From Candidatus Levybacteria bacterium RIFCSPLOWO2_12_FULL_37_14 (GTDB lineage Bacteria > Patescibacteriota > Microgenomatia > Levybacterales > UBA12049), in the NCBI GenBank assembly GCA_001782645.1, contig MFPH01000031.1, forward strand, positions 1 through 35,620: a stretch of DNA of 35,620 nucleotides, given 5' to 3'. Under the pieces are notes generated by a model. It saw nothing but the letters and a program-made list of their open reading frames with translations. It was not told the DNA's origin and made no database searches. The position numbers and the translations under genes were made by a program. This document shows, piece by piece, positions 22,894-32,387 of this stretch. Every line of letters starts with the position of its first letter. Within the stretch, counting starts at the first letter, position 1.

Positions 22894-25287
22894 ATGGCTG
22901 GACGGAAATTTATTATTCCTTTCGAAGAATTAACGATTGCTGATGTGCCGGAAGTCGGAGGAAAAAATGCCTCGCTTGGAGAAATGATAGGATCTTTGAC
23001 CAAAAAGGGTATCAGGATTCCAGCCGGCTATGCGGTTACCGCAACTGCTTATAAATTTTTTCTTTCAAAAACAGAGCTGGGAAAATATATAGAAACAGAA
23101 TTAAATAATCTCAAAGATCAGGATTTAGACAAACTAAGCGAAGTTTCAAAGAAGATCCGCGAGAAATTTTTACAAACACCCTTTCCTAAAGAATTAGAAC
23201 AAAGCATCAGAAGTGCTCATGAGATTTTTGAGAAAAAATACGCCGAATTTGCAAGTTTTGCAGTCAGATCTTCGGCAACTGCTGAAGATTTACCAACAGC
23301 TTCGTTTGCAGGAGAGCATGAAACTTATTTGAACGTTAACGGCATTGAAGAGATATTAATTGCAGTAAAAAAAGCTATGGCTTCACTTTTTACGCCGCGC
23401 GCAATTTCTTACCGCGTAGAAAAAGGATTTAAACATTTATCCGTTTTTCTCTCGGTTGGAGTACAGCAAATGGTGCGTTCTGATATGGCGTGTTCCGGAG
23501 TAATATTTACGTTAGATACGGAATCGGGATTTTCAAAGGTTGTTGAGATAAGCGGTTCCTGGGGATTGGGGGAAATGGTGGTTCAGGGAAAAGTTACTCC
23601 TGACGAATTTATGGTGTTTAAAAAAACATTAGGGCAAAACGGCAATTGTGAATATGTGCCGATTATTAAAAAGAAGTTGGGCACTAAATTGTCCAAGATG
23701 ATTTATGCGCATCCCGGAACAAAAGTTTTGGAAACCACGGTTCAAGAAAGATCAAGATTCGTCTTAACCGATCAGGAAATTTTGACGTTGGCTAAATGGG
23801 CAGTTGTAATTGAAAAACATTATTCGGAAAAAAATAATCGCTGGACGCCAATGGATTTGGAATGGGCAAAAGACGGAGAAGACGGCGAACTATATATAGT
23901 TCAGGCAAGACCGGAAACAATTCATTCCCAGGAAGACTTTTCCAAAATTACGGAATATGTTAAGAAGGGAACAGGGAAAACATTATTAACGGGCGCCTCC
24001 GTCGGATCAAAAATTGCAACAGGCAAAGTGAATGTAATTAATGATTCAAAGCAAATAAATAAATTTAATAAGGGGGAGATTTTGGTGACAACTATCACTG
24101 ATCCGGATTGGGGGCCGATCATGAAATTAGCATCAGCAATTGTTACGGACAAAGGCGGAAGAACCTCGCATGCGGCAATCGTTGCGAGAGAGCTGGGGAT
24201 TCCTGCGGTTGTAGGAACCGGAAATGCAACCAAGCATTTGAAAACCGGAGATGAAATTACAGTTGATACGACCGGCACTGATGGAATAGTTTATAAAGGT
24301 ATCTTAGATTTTGAAATTATTAAACATGATGTCAGTAAAATTCCAACACCTAAAACGCACATTATGGTTAACATTGCCAGTCCTGAAATCGCTTTTGAAA
24401 AATCTTTTTTGCCCAACAGAGGAGTGGGATTGGCCCGCGAAGAATTTATTATTCAATCGGAAATCGGAATTCACCCGATGGCGCTTATTAATTATAATAA
24501 ATTGGATCAGGTTCTAAAAAATAAAATAGATGAAAAAACCCGCGGATATGATTCGGGGGTAAAATTTTACATTGACACATTAGCTTTTGGTATCGCTCAA
24601 ATTGCAGCCGCATTTTATCCAAATCCCGTGATTCTCAGATTTTCTGATTTTAAAACTAATGAGTACAGAGGATTATTGGGTGGAGAAGCGTACGAACCTT
24701 TGGAAGAAAATCCAATGCTTGGCTGGCGGGGAGCATCAAGATATTATGACAGCGATTTCCTTCCGGCTTTTAAGCTTGAGATTGAAGCGGTCAAAAAAGT
24801 CCGTTATGAAATGGGGCTTACAAATTTAACAGTAATGGTACCTTTCTGCAGGACTCCTGAGGAAGGAAAAAAAGTTATAAAGATTATAGAGGACTCCGGC
24901 TTGAAGAAGGAATTAGGTTTGAAAATATATGTGATGTGCGAGATTCCTTCCAATGTTATTCTTGCAGATAAATTTTTGGATGTCTTTGACGGGATGAGTA
25001 TTGGATCAAATGATTTGACTCAGCTCATTTTGGGTATTGATAGGGATGGTAATGATAAAGTCCGCAAAATTACTAATGAAAATAACGATGCGGTTAAAGA
25101 ATTAATAAAACAAGTTATAGGAATTTGTAAAAAGAGGGGGAAATATATTGGGATTTGCGGTCAAGCACCATCCGATTATCCTGAATTTGCAAAGTTTTTA
25201 GTTAATTGCGGGATTGACAGTATTTCTCTAAATCCGGATACGCTAATTAAAGCCACAATTGAAATAGCTAAAGCAGAACGCGGATGA
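22894..25287 (+). CDS. ppsA: Phosphoenolpyruvate synthase (PEP/pyruvate-binding, phosphohistidine swivel and PEP-utilising TIM domains)
   Basis: GGKNASLGEM, GGRTSHAAIVARELGIPAVVG and a C-terminal SIGSNDLTQ block. The start at MAGRKFIIPFEEL fits homologue N-termini. Confidence 0.92.
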   Translation: MAGRKFIIPFEELTIADVPEVGGKNASLGEMIGSLTKKGIRIPAGYAVTATAYKFFLSKTELGKYIETELNNLKDQDLDKLSEVSKKIREKFLQTPFPKELEQSIRSAHEIFEKKYAEFASFAVRSSATAEDLPTASFAGEHETYLNVNGIEEILIAVKKAMASLFTPRAISYRVEKGFKHLSVFLSVGVQQMVRSDMACSGVIFTLDTESGFSKVVEISGSWGLGEMVVQGKVTPDEFMVFKKTLGQNGNCEYVPIIKKKLGTKLSKMIYAHPGTKVLETTVQERSRFVLTDQEILTLAKWAVVIEKHYSEKNNRWTPMDLEWAKDGEDGELYIVQARPETIHSQEDFSKITEYVKKGTGKTLLTGASVGSKIATGKVNVINDSKQINKFNKGEILVTTITDPDWGPIMKLASAIVTDKGGRTSHAAIVARELGIPAVVGTGNATKHLKTGDEITVDTTGTDGIVYKGILDFEIIKHDVSKIPTPKTHIMVNIASPEIAFEKSFLPNRGVGLAREEFIIQSEIGIHPMALINYNKLDQVLKNKIDEKTRGYDSGVKFYIDTLAFGIAQIAAAFYPNPVILRFSDFKTNEYRGLLGGEAYEPLEENPMLGWRGASRYYDSDFLPAFKLEIEAVKKVRYEMGLTNLTVMVPFCRTPEEGKKVIKIIEDSGLKKELGLKIYVMCEIPSNVILADKFLDVFDGMSIGSNDLTQLILGIDRDGNDKVRKITNENNDAVKELIKQVIGICKKRGKYIGICGQAPSDYPEFAKFLVNCGIDSISLNPDTLIKATIEIAKAERG

Positions 25288-26468
25288 GAATTTCGCAAAT
25301 AAATCTTAAAATAATTCAGGATTCAAGAGGTAAAGATACTCTGGAGGCAGTAATGGAGGTTCGGGATTTGAGTGCGGTTGCTTCGGTTCCTGCAGGTAAA
25401 AGCAAAGGAAAACTTGAAACATCCTCAGTTGATCCATCGATCTGCTTACAAAAGTTTGCGGAAATAAAAAATGAATTATTGAATTTTGATTTTTCGCATG
25501 TTTTGCAATTTGATAATTTTTTAAAAAAAATGGACGGAACACCCGACAAATCTAATTTGGGCGGAAATTTAACTTTAGTTTTATCGATAGCTTTTACAAA
25601 ACTTTTTGCAAAATCCAATAATTTGCAAACATATCGGTTGATAGGAAAAATATTAAATAAAAATCCTGAAAAATTTCCTTATTTGTATTTTAATTTGATT
25701 GGGGGAGGTCAGCATGCTAAAAATAGTCTTCCATTTCAGGAATATATTTTGGTTACTAAATTTGATTCTCCGGTCGTCGGACTGGAATACGCAGAATTAA
25801 TGGTTGAAAAATTAAAGGCAGATATTTCAGAAAACTTTGGCGAAGTGAGAGTAGGAGATGAGGGAGCATTTGCTATAAAAAGTTCAGATCCGATACTTGG
25901 TCTTGAAATTTTAAATCGTAATTTAGATCGTCAAGACGTTAGCTTGGCTCTTGATGTTGCAGGATCAACTTTTTTTACAAACGGAAAATATAAAATCGGA
26001 GAAAAAGTTTTCGATACAACGGAAATGTTTGATCTTTATCAGAATTTAGTCTCAAAATTTCCTCTTTTATCAATTGAAGATCCTTTTTCCGAAGATGATA
26101 AATTGGGATTTGTAAAAATTTGCCAATTATTTAAGGACAATCCTTGGATCATCGGAGATGATTTAACTGTAACCAATAAAGAACTTATTCAAACAGCAAT
26201 TGACGAAAAACTAATGACAGGTGTAATTATAAAACCTAATCAAATAGGTTCTGTTTCGGAAACTTTGGATGCTATAAAACTTGCCCAAGACAATAACTTA
26301 AAAATAATTGTTTCCCACAGATCCGGGGAGACAAATGATGATTTTATTGCGGATCTGGCTTTTGGTTGCGAAGCAGATGGTTTAAAGAGCGGTTCTCCAA
26401 CGCAGGCGCAAAGATTAGTGAAATACAATCGGTTAATTGAAATTGAAAGGGAGCTTTGGATGCCTTGA
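25284..26468 (+). CDS. eno: Enolase (short, divergent form)
   Basis: 394 aa with IIQDSRGKDTLEA, GDDLTVTN, IKPNQIGSVSE and SHRSGETNDDFIADLA. ATGA overlap with ppsA. Confidence 0.85.
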   Translation: MRISQINLKIIQDSRGKDTLEAVMEVRDLSAVASVPAGKSKGKLETSSVDPSICLQKFAEIKNELLNFDFSHVLQFDNFLKKMDGTPDKSNLGGNLTLVLSIAFTKLFAKSNNLQTYRLIGKILNKNPEKFPYLYFNLIGGGQHAKNSLPFQEYILVTKFDSPVVGLEYAELMVEKLKADISENFGEVRVGDEGAFAIKSSDPILGLEILNRNLDRQDVSLALDVAGSTFFTNGKYKIGEKVFDTTEMFDLYQNLVSKFPLLSIEDPFSEDDKLGFVKICQLFKDNPWIIGDDLTVTNKELIQTAIDEKLMTGVIIKPNQIGSVSETLDAIKLAQDNNLKIIVSHRSGETNDDFIADLAFGCEADGLKSGSPTQAQRLVKYNRLIEIERELWMP

Positions 26469-26501
26469 TTGGCGAATGTACAATCTCTGTGGAAAGAAAT
26501 T

Positions 26502-26537
26502 AGAAATCCAAATTTGGAAATAAAATTCCCCAAACCG
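26502..26537 (+). repeat. Intergenic C-tract motif, copy A
   Basis: agaaatccaaatttggaaataaaattccccaaaccg. Includes the palindrome TCCAAATTTGGA (26507-26518). Confidence 0.7.
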
Positions 26538-26597
26538 AACGTTGATTTATGCCAAAGCGAGGCGTAGCTGTCATAGCGAAATATTGATATATTGGAT

Positions 26598-27479
26598 ATG
26601 GTGATTAAAAAAACTTTATTCTTCCTTGCTGGTTTCATTTCTGTTGCCGTATTTATCTTTGCTGCATTGGCGTTTTTTCCTCAATCGGTTAGCAATGTCA
26701 ATGTTTCGGGACTGCATCTTCGATCGCAAAATTGGAGCGGGACGATTACAATTACAGGAGATACTCTGTTTGTTCCATGGGTTACTTTGCGTATTGAGCC
26801 CGGAACAAAAATTCTTTTTGACAAAAATCCTGATATTCTCAATACTCCATGGACAAAATTTGCGGATGCTTATATTACAGAAAATAATGATCCAACCGGC
26901 CGTGAGGGCTATAATCAAAGCCATTTTGATCTAGCGGCAAAAATTGTAGCGATTGGTACAAAGGGGCAGCCTATTGTTTTTACGTCTTCACAGATAAAGC
27001 CGGAATATGCCGACTGGGATCAGCTGGTGTTATTTGGTGGCAGCATTCTTGATAATGTGGAAGTGTCCTACGCCCATAATGGTGTTTATGCGGGAACAGA
27101 TGGGGCACCTTTTGATTGGGGAAAAGTAGTTAAGATTACAAACAGCAGTCTTCATGATTCATTATGGAGTTGTATAGATGTTTGGTCGGCAAACGTTATA
27201 ATTACTAATAATGAAATTTATAATTGTTGGCATCAGGCAATTGGCATAAAAGCTAATGGTAATGATCTTATTTCAGACAACAATATTCACGATTCACAGT
27301 TGAGCGTTAATTGTGAAAAAGGTGCAACCCCCAAAATTATAAATAATCATTTTGAGGCAGCTCCAATTAATCCTGATTGTCCGACGGGTGAAGGAAATGT
27401 AGATATTGGTCGTGTTGCAGATACGATAGGGGGAACATACAACGGTAAATTAATATATCCCTCTAATTACCAGCAATAA
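26598..27479 (+). CDS. Secreted right-handed parallel beta-helix repeat protein
   Basis: Signal anchor, then repeated N-x-I-x-N/D-type turns (ITNNEIYNCWHQAIGIKANGNDLISDNNIHDS). The first ATG is at 26598; the track start at 26592 is a TTG. Confidence 0.65.
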   Translation: MVIKKTLFFLAGFISVAVFIFAALAFFPQSVSNVNVSGLHLRSQNWSGTITITGDTLFVPWVTLRIEPGTKILFDKNPDILNTPWTKFADAYITENNDPTGREGYNQSHFDLAAKIVAIGTKGQPIVFTSSQIKPEYADWDQLVLFGGSILDNVEVSYAHNGVYAGTDGAPFDWGKVVKITNSSLHDSLWSCIDVWSANVIITNNEIYNCWHQAIGIKANGNDLISDNNIHDSQLSVNCEKGATPKIINNHFEAAPINPDCPTGEGNVDIGRVADTIGGTYNGKLIYPSNYQQ

Positions 27480-27506
27480 TCGAAATATTCATTAAAATTT
27501 TATTTC

Positions 27507-27515
27507 TGTTATAAT
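27507..27515 (+). promoter_or_regulatory. Extended -10 promoter placed for a leaderless transcript
   Basis: TGtTATAAT followed by 6 nt and the ATG at 27522. Confidence 0.55.
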
Positions 27516-27521
27516 TTTATT

Positions 27522-28538
27522 ATGAAAGCTTTGCAGTATTTCGGTAAACAAGATCTGCGGTTCGTTGATCTCTCTGAGCCTCAAATAGGGGAGAATGAGA
27601 TTCTCATGAAGGTAAAGAAAGTCGGTATCTGCGGTACCGACTTACATATTTACAATAACGGAATGAATGTGCCGCTACCCTTAGTGTTGGGACATGAATT
27701 CGTCGGAGATATCATAAAAATTGGAAACAATGTAACAAATATTAAGGTAGGCGATAGGGCAGTGGCAGAACATGTTATTGGATGCGGGAAGTGTTCTTAT
27801 TGTTCTCAGGGGAAAAAGAATCTGTGTAAAGCTCCAACCATTATTGGCATTAATCGTCAAGGCGCGCTCGCAGAATACCTGCCTATACCTTCAGACTTAA
27901 TTTTCAAATTGCCAACAGAATTTTCCTATGATGAAGGAGTTTTAATTGAGCCACTTTCTATTGCCGTATACGCCGTAAGAAAAGCAGGGGTGGACGTGGG
28001 AGATAAAGTTGCAGTGGTAGGTCAAGGGCCGATTGGGCTTTTGGTAGATTTTGTTGCAGAAGCCTCAGGAGGAACTGTATTTGGATTTGACAAGCATGAT
28101 AATCGTATTACCTATGCTAAGAACATTCATGACATAAGCAAAGGATTCAACATAACACAAGCAGATTTTTTGAAGCAATTTAAAGAAGAAGCTGTCGATG
28201 GCGCAGACATTGTTTTTGAAGCAGTTGGAAGCGATACCTCTGTGGAGTTAGCCATTGAACTTGCCCGATCCGGAGGGAAAGTGATAGTGCTTGGTGTTTT
28301 CGAACATAATGTCACGATTAATATGATGAACATTGTCAAAAAAGAATTGCAGCTATATGGATCGTGGACTTGTGTTTTTTCTTTTGAGGAAACAATGCTT
28401 TTGATGAAATCCCAAAAACTTGACGCAAACCAACTGATAACAAATCGCTACTCTTTTCAAGATTCCATAAAAGCATTTCAAGAAGCAGCCTCAGATAAAG
28501 GGAATAGAATAAAATCAGTCATTGAATTTCCCGCATAA
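27522..28538 (+). CDS. Zinc-dependent MDR alcohol/polyol dehydrogenase (threonine/sorbitol dehydrogenase-like)
   Basis: GICGTDLH, GHEFVG, the structural zinc Cys cluster CGKCSYCSQGKKNLC, and GQGPIGL. Confidence 0.85.
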   Translation: MKALQYFGKQDLRFVDLSEPQIGENEILMKVKKVGICGTDLHIYNNGMNVPLPLVLGHEFVGDIIKIGNNVTNIKVGDRAVAEHVIGCGKCSYCSQGKKNLCKAPTIIGINRQGALAEYLPIPSDLIFKLPTEFSYDEGVLIEPLSIAVYAVRKAGVDVGDKVAVVGQGPIGLLVDFVAEASGGTVFGFDKHDNRITYAKNIHDISKGFNITQADFLKQFKEEAVDGADIVFEAVGSDTSVELAIELARSGGKVIVLGVFEHNVTINMMNIVKKELQLYGSWTCVFSFEETMLLMKSQKLDANQLITNRYSFQDSIKAFQEAASDKGNRIKSVIEFPA

Positions 28539-28566
28539 CCTCAAGCCATTTTAGGATTCAAGATTT

Positions 28567-28575
28567 TGTTATAAT
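28567..28575 (+). promoter_or_regulatory. Extended -10 promoter placed for a leaderless transcript
   Basis: TGtTATAAT followed by 6 nt and the ATG at 28582. Confidence 0.55.
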
Positions 28576-28581
28576 CTTTTC

Positions 28582-29424
28582 ATGAAGAAAAAAGTAGTTT
28601 TATTTATTTTTATAGTTTTAATTAGCGCAATTAGTTTTTATACTTTTAATCAAATAATTCCCGGTATTAATTTGCATAAAACAATACTAAACGCATTGTC
28701 GGGTGCAAGGGGAAAATACAGCGTTGTAGTTAAAGATTTGAAAAGCGAAAAAGGAGAATCGCTTTACGGCGATAAAGTTTACGATATTGGCAGTCTTTAC
28801 AAATTGTGGGTTATGGCAGAAGTTTTTGAGCAAATACAAAACGGTACGCTTTCGGAAGACGAAGTTTTGTCAGAAGATGTTAGAGTTTTAAATCAAGATT
28901 TCAATATTGATCCGGAATCATCAGAATTAACAGGAGGAACAATTACATTAACAGTAAAAGATGCATTAAAGCAGATGATTACGATTTCCCACAATTATTC
29001 TGCTTTACTTTTGACAAAACGGATAAAATTATCAAACGTTGCCAAATTTTTGGAAACAAATGGTTTCAAAGATTCTTCTGTTGGCGGAAGCGGCGATTCT
29101 CCCAAATCTACTGCAGATGATATCGCGCTTTTTTTTGAGAAATTATATAAAGGCGAACTTGCCAATACTCAATATACGAAAGAAATGCTGGACTTATTAA
29201 AAGCCCAAACTCTTAACGATAAGTTGCCGAAATATCTGCCGAAAGGAACAGTTGTTGCGCATAAAACAGGGGAGATAGATTATTTGTCCCATGACGGAGG
29301 AATTGTTTATACGCCAAAAGGAGATTATATTATTGTAGTTCTGTCTGAGAGTGAGTTTCCGTCGGGAGCAGAGGATAGAATTGCCCAGATTTCCAAATCA
29401 GTCTTTAACTATTTTGCTAAATAG
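28582..29424 (+). CDS. Class-A beta-lactamase-like serine hydrolase, membrane-anchored
   Basis: SxxK (SLYK), SxN (SHN) and KTG (HKTGE) motifs in the canonical order. Confidence 0.75.
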   Translation: MKKKVVLFIFIVLISAISFYTFNQIIPGINLHKTILNALSGARGKYSVVVKDLKSEKGESLYGDKVYDIGSLYKLWVMAEVFEQIQNGTLSEDEVLSEDVRVLNQDFNIDPESSELTGGTITLTVKDALKQMITISHNYSALLLTKRIKLSNVAKFLETNGFKDSSVGGSGDSPKSTADDIALFFEKLYKGELANTQYTKEMLDLLKAQTLNDKLPKYLPKGTVVAHKTGEIDYLSHDGGIVYTPKGDYIIVVLSESEFPSGAEDRIAQISKSVFNYFAK

Positions 29425-29458
29425 GTAGGCAAGGAGCTTGATATACCTATTGTTTTTT
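29421..29458 (+). terminator. Rho-independent terminator
   Basis: ataggta (29421-29427) pairs with tacctat (29444-29450), with an inner caag/cttg stem, followed by tgTTTTTT. Confidence 0.6.
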
Positions 29459-29596
29459 AATTTTTAATTTGTTAATGTAGTGGAATTGCTGCCCTGACAC
29501 GTTATGGTTTCAAGAGAAAATCAGCCTCAAAACCACAAGGTGCAATCCTATTTAAAAATATGGTAAAGGTCGCATCGCAGATATAGAAGATTAAAT

Positions 29597-30784
29597 ATGG
29601 CATCAGAAGCAATAGGGTCAGGACCAAGCGAGTACGAGAAACTAGGAGTTGATGCAGGAAAAAAAGACGTCCGCGAAATTTTTAAGAACCGCGTTGAGAA
29701 CGAATATCCAAATGCATTCGTAAACATAATTACAGATCCTCTTAACAGAGATTATGGACTTACACAACACATGGATGGGGATGGCAGCAAACTTGTTCAG
29801 CGTCTTCTAATCTATTCCGAAACAGGTGATTCAAGTGTAATTAGGGGCGCAGTTGATGATGGACTAGAAATGAATTTGGGGGATATTGCCGCTAGCGGAT
29901 TTGTTTTCGGAACTATAACAGTTACGGATGTTGTAAATATTAATGCTTTAAATTTACCAAAGAAAGTAATCATGAACGAAATTGGCCAAAGGTTTCAGGA
30001 ATTAATGGAACTATACAGAAGATATGGTTTTGACATCCATTTTCTTGGTGGTGAAACAGGTGATCTGCCAACTCAAGTAAACAGCGCTGTTTTTGACGTT
30101 GCTGTCTGGGCAAGAGCATTAAAAAAGGACATTATTGAAGGCAATGTTGAGCCGGGCGATAAGATTTATGGGTTTGCCAGTGACGGACAAGCAGTATGGG
30201 AAGACAAATATAATTCTGGAGTTATGTCAAACGGTCTTACTTTGGGCAGGGTAGGAACAATGTCTGCTGATTATGAGAAAAAGTATCCCCATCTTGGTAT
30301 TCATCATGGTAAATATAAAATTGGTGAAAAAGATGGCTTACCAAACGACATGTCAGTAAGCGATGCTTTGATTTCTCCAACCAGACATTGGGGTATTTTT
30401 ATAAAAATATTACTGGAGAAATTGAAAAAGTTAGGTTTATATGAAGATATCAAAGGAATGAGTCTAAACACGGGCGGAGCAGTATCTAAAATAAGCCATA
30501 TTGGTAAAGGCATAACCTACATGAAAGAAATGCCACCCGCAACAGAATTGGTAAAATTAATTCAAAGAGAGACTAGCGAAAGTTGGAAGGCAATGTATAA
30601 GGGGTTTAATTGTGGTGTTGGGCTAGACGTAGTAGTCAAAGATAAGCCAGAAATTAAACGAGTACTTGAAGAAGTTTCCGAAGAAACACACATAAAAGAA
30701 TACGAACTTGGAAAATGTGAAAAAAGCCCGGATGGCGTAAATCATGTAATCGCCAAAACTGATTATGGCACTTTTGATTACTAA
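29597..30784 (+). CDS. AIR-synthase-related (PurM-like) protein
   Basis: YEKLGVDAGKKDV N-terminus, MDGDGSK (compare DGVGTK in PurM), LGGETGDLP and a PGDKIYGFASDG...SNGLTLGR layout. Confidence 0.6.
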   Translation: MASEAIGSGPSEYEKLGVDAGKKDVREIFKNRVENEYPNAFVNIITDPLNRDYGLTQHMDGDGSKLVQRLLIYSETGDSSVIRGAVDDGLEMNLGDIAASGFVFGTITVTDVVNINALNLPKKVIMNEIGQRFQELMELYRRYGFDIHFLGGETGDLPTQVNSAVFDVAVWARALKKDIIEGNVEPGDKIYGFASDGQAVWEDKYNSGVMSNGLTLGRVGTMSADYEKKYPHLGIHHGKYKIGEKDGLPNDMSVSDALISPTRHWGIFIKILLEKLKKLGLYEDIKGMSLNTGGAVSKISHIGKGITYMKEMPPATELVKLIQRETSESWKAMYKGFNCGVGLDVVVKDKPEIKRVLEEVSEETHIKEYELGKCEKSPDGVNHVIAKTDYGTFDY

Positions 30785-30915
30785 TAAAAACAAAATAGGT
30801 AATAAACAATTTAGAAATTAACTGGAGAGGACATGCGTGGGAGTGCAAAAGTTCAAGCAAATAAAATTCTGATACACTCGTTTAAGCGGATTCAGCCTCA
30901 AATAACATCCTATAG

Positions 30916-30944
30916 TTGACTTTTGTCTTCAAAAAAACTATAAT
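30916..30944 (+). promoter_or_regulatory. Consensus sigma70 promoter
   Basis: TTGACT (30916-30921), 17-nt spacer, TATAAT (30939-30944), 17 nt before the ATG at 30962. Confidence 0.65.
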
Positions 30945-30961
30945 TATCTTTTGTAATTATT

Positions 30962-31693
30962 ATGGTTGAATCAAATAATACTGCAGGTAAAGAAATATTC
31001 GGAGCACAGCCCCTACTGAGAGATATTTTGGCTGAGTCCACCTTTAAGCCGGGAAGGTTGATTCCTTGCAATGTAAATAGCTTGAATCTTGGAGTTTTTC
31101 AAGAAGAGGCCAGACAGCTTGCGAACAATTGTTTTTTGGATGTTGATAATAAGGATTTAGGGAAATTGGTTTATGTAACCGGAAAAAAGAAAGTTCTCGT
31201 GCCTTTGCGTTTCTTTCAAGGTCATGCAAGGGGTGAACTTGCAATGTTGGGTATTACTTCTCAGGTGAGCAAGGAGATTGCCGAAAAAGAGAAATTGAAT
31301 GAACCATATTTAGCAATGACTATCCACTCGCAAGGAAACACTGATCTGTCTTTTTCAGCGACTGATTTATATCTCTTAATGCTTAATGATTCCAATCCTG
31401 GTGCGAGCGTTGCTTCATTTGCTGTAGGGAGAACGAAGAATATGCTGTTTTTTAGAGGTCAAAATACACCACAATTAGATTCCGGAGAGGCTGATAAAAA
31501 AGCAAGGCTTTGGCTATGGCAATTGGAAGAGCGGATAGGGCAGTTTATTAAACCGGGAATGAGCAGGGAAGAACGACTTTCAATCATAGATAAGGCTGAA
31601 AGGGCCCTCTTAAGACAAATCTGTGCGAAATATGACCTGCAATTCTTTTCCGGAGATACAAATGACGCTATCGTTACAAAACAGACTCCATAA
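30962..31693 (+). CDS. Hypothetical protein with a degenerate JAB/MPN-like motif
   Basis: 243 aa. IHSQGNTDLSFSATDL fits the H-x-H-x7-S-x2-D spacing, with the second His replaced by Gln. Confidence 0.55.
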   Translation: MVESNNTAGKEIFGAQPLLRDILAESTFKPGRLIPCNVNSLNLGVFQEEARQLANNCFLDVDNKDLGKLVYVTGKKKVLVPLRFFQGHARGELAMLGITSQVSKEIAEKEKLNEPYLAMTIHSQGNTDLSFSATDLYLLMLNDSNPGASVASFAVGRTKNMLFFRGQNTPQLDSGEADKKARLWLWQLEERIGQFIKPGMSREERLSIIDKAERALLRQICAKYDLQFFSGDTNDAIVTKQTP

Positions 31694-31700
31694 AAATTTT

Positions 31701-31724
31701 GGAAATCTAGAATTCCCCAAACCC
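31701..31724 (+). repeat. Intergenic C-tract motif, copy B
   Basis: ggaaatctagaattccccaaaccc, with the near-palindrome GGAAnTCTAGAnTTCC. Confidence 0.7.
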
Positions 31725-31729
31725 GTTTT

Positions 31730-31738
31730 TGATATAAT
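31730..31738 (+). promoter_or_regulatory. Extended -10 promoter placed for a leaderless transcript
   Basis: TGaTATAAT followed by 6 nt and the ATG at 31745. Confidence 0.55.
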
Positions 31739-31744
31739 GAGTTT

Positions 31745-32086
31745 ATGATTATTACGAAAATCACTCCTTATTCAAAAAAGGAAATAGAAAAGCTGAAAGA
31801 ACAGTTTGATATTTATATAAAAACAGTTATTGATATTAAGAAAAAGATTTGCTCTGCCGGTTGTGATCGCCATTTTGAATCAGAAAAAATTTTACTTGAT
31901 GACGGCTCGAAACAATCCAATATTTGGGGCGGAGGAATCGATCTCGATACAAAAACTATCGATTTTAATTCATTTATCAACATCAGACCAATGGATAAGA
32001 ATACCAGTAATGAAATTCAGGATCCAAAAATCCGCGAAGAACTTGAAAAATTGATGAAATATTTTTTTGGACAAATATATGAGTGA
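31745..32086 (+). CDS. Small hypothetical protein, possibly DUF5674-like
   Basis: 113 aa. KTVIDIKKKICSAGCDRHFESEKILLDDGSKQSNIWGGGI...FNSFINIRP resembles my recollection of DUF5674. This is not verified. Confidence 0.55.
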   Translation: MIITKITPYSKKEIEKLKEQFDIYIKTVIDIKKKICSAGCDRHFESEKILLDDGSKQSNIWGGGIDLDTKTIDFNSFINIRPMDKNTSNEIQDPKIREELEKLMKYFFGQIYE

Positions 32087-32345
32087 AGATAAATTATTAT
32101 TGTCATCAATAGCAATGGATCTTAAGCGTGTTGCTTTAGGATATTATAGAAAATCCGATAAGATGGCAGATAGGTTTTTGCAAGAAGCGATAAGGAGAAA
32201 AAATGAAATAAATTTGGAAAAAGTTAATATTTCTACAAAAAAATTACTTCAAGGCTTGGATAAGATAGTGAATGAAAATAACGATGCTAGGGCAGAGGAT
32301 GCCTTAATGTACAGCACGCTTTTCCAAAACGCCGCTCTTAAATAA
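32079..32345 (+). CDS. Small helical hypothetical protein (88 aa)
   Basis: The ATG at 32079 overlaps the upstream stop by 8 nt (the track start at 32067 is a TTG). Confidence 0.5.
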   Translation: MSEDKLLLSSIAMDLKRVALGYYRKSDKMADRFLQEAIRRKNEINLEKVNISTKKLLQGLDKIVNENNDARAEDALMYSTLFQNAALK

Positions 32346-32354
32346 GTTTGATAA

Positions 32355-32367
32355 CTCCCCAAACCCC
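32355..32367 (+). repeat. Intergenic C-tract motif, copy C (short)
   Basis: ctccccaaacccc. Its spacing to the -10 element is within 1 nt of that in copy B. Confidence 0.5.
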
Positions 32368-32372
32368 AGTTC

Positions 32373-32381
32373 TGTTATAAT
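32373..32381 (+). promoter_or_regulatory. Extended -10 promoter placed for a leaderless transcript
   Basis: TGtTATAAT followed by 6 nt and the GTG at 32388. Confidence 0.5.
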
Positions 32382-32387
32382 CATTTC

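Noticed and set aside
29482-29548. Nested helices upstream of the PurM-like gene (ggaattgc/gcaatcc enclosing tggttt/aaacca), considered as a purine-related riboswitch.
   Set aside because: No match to the conserved cores of the purine, ZTP, PRPP/ykkC or 2'-dG riboswitches as I remember them. It is also unclear whether the region lies downstream of the transcription start.
30833-30919. 28-aa basic ORF (MRGSAKVQANKILIHSFKRIQPQITSYS) in the gap before the promoter at 30916.
   Set aside because: The Shine-Dalgarno-like GGAGAGG is only 2 nt from the ATG. There is no promoter pattern and the ORF overlaps the downstream -35 element. It is probably fortuitous.
32355-32367. The C4A3C4 string resembles ciliate telomeric repeats.
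   Set aside because: It is a single unit within a bacterial intergenic motif, so the resemblance is coincidental.
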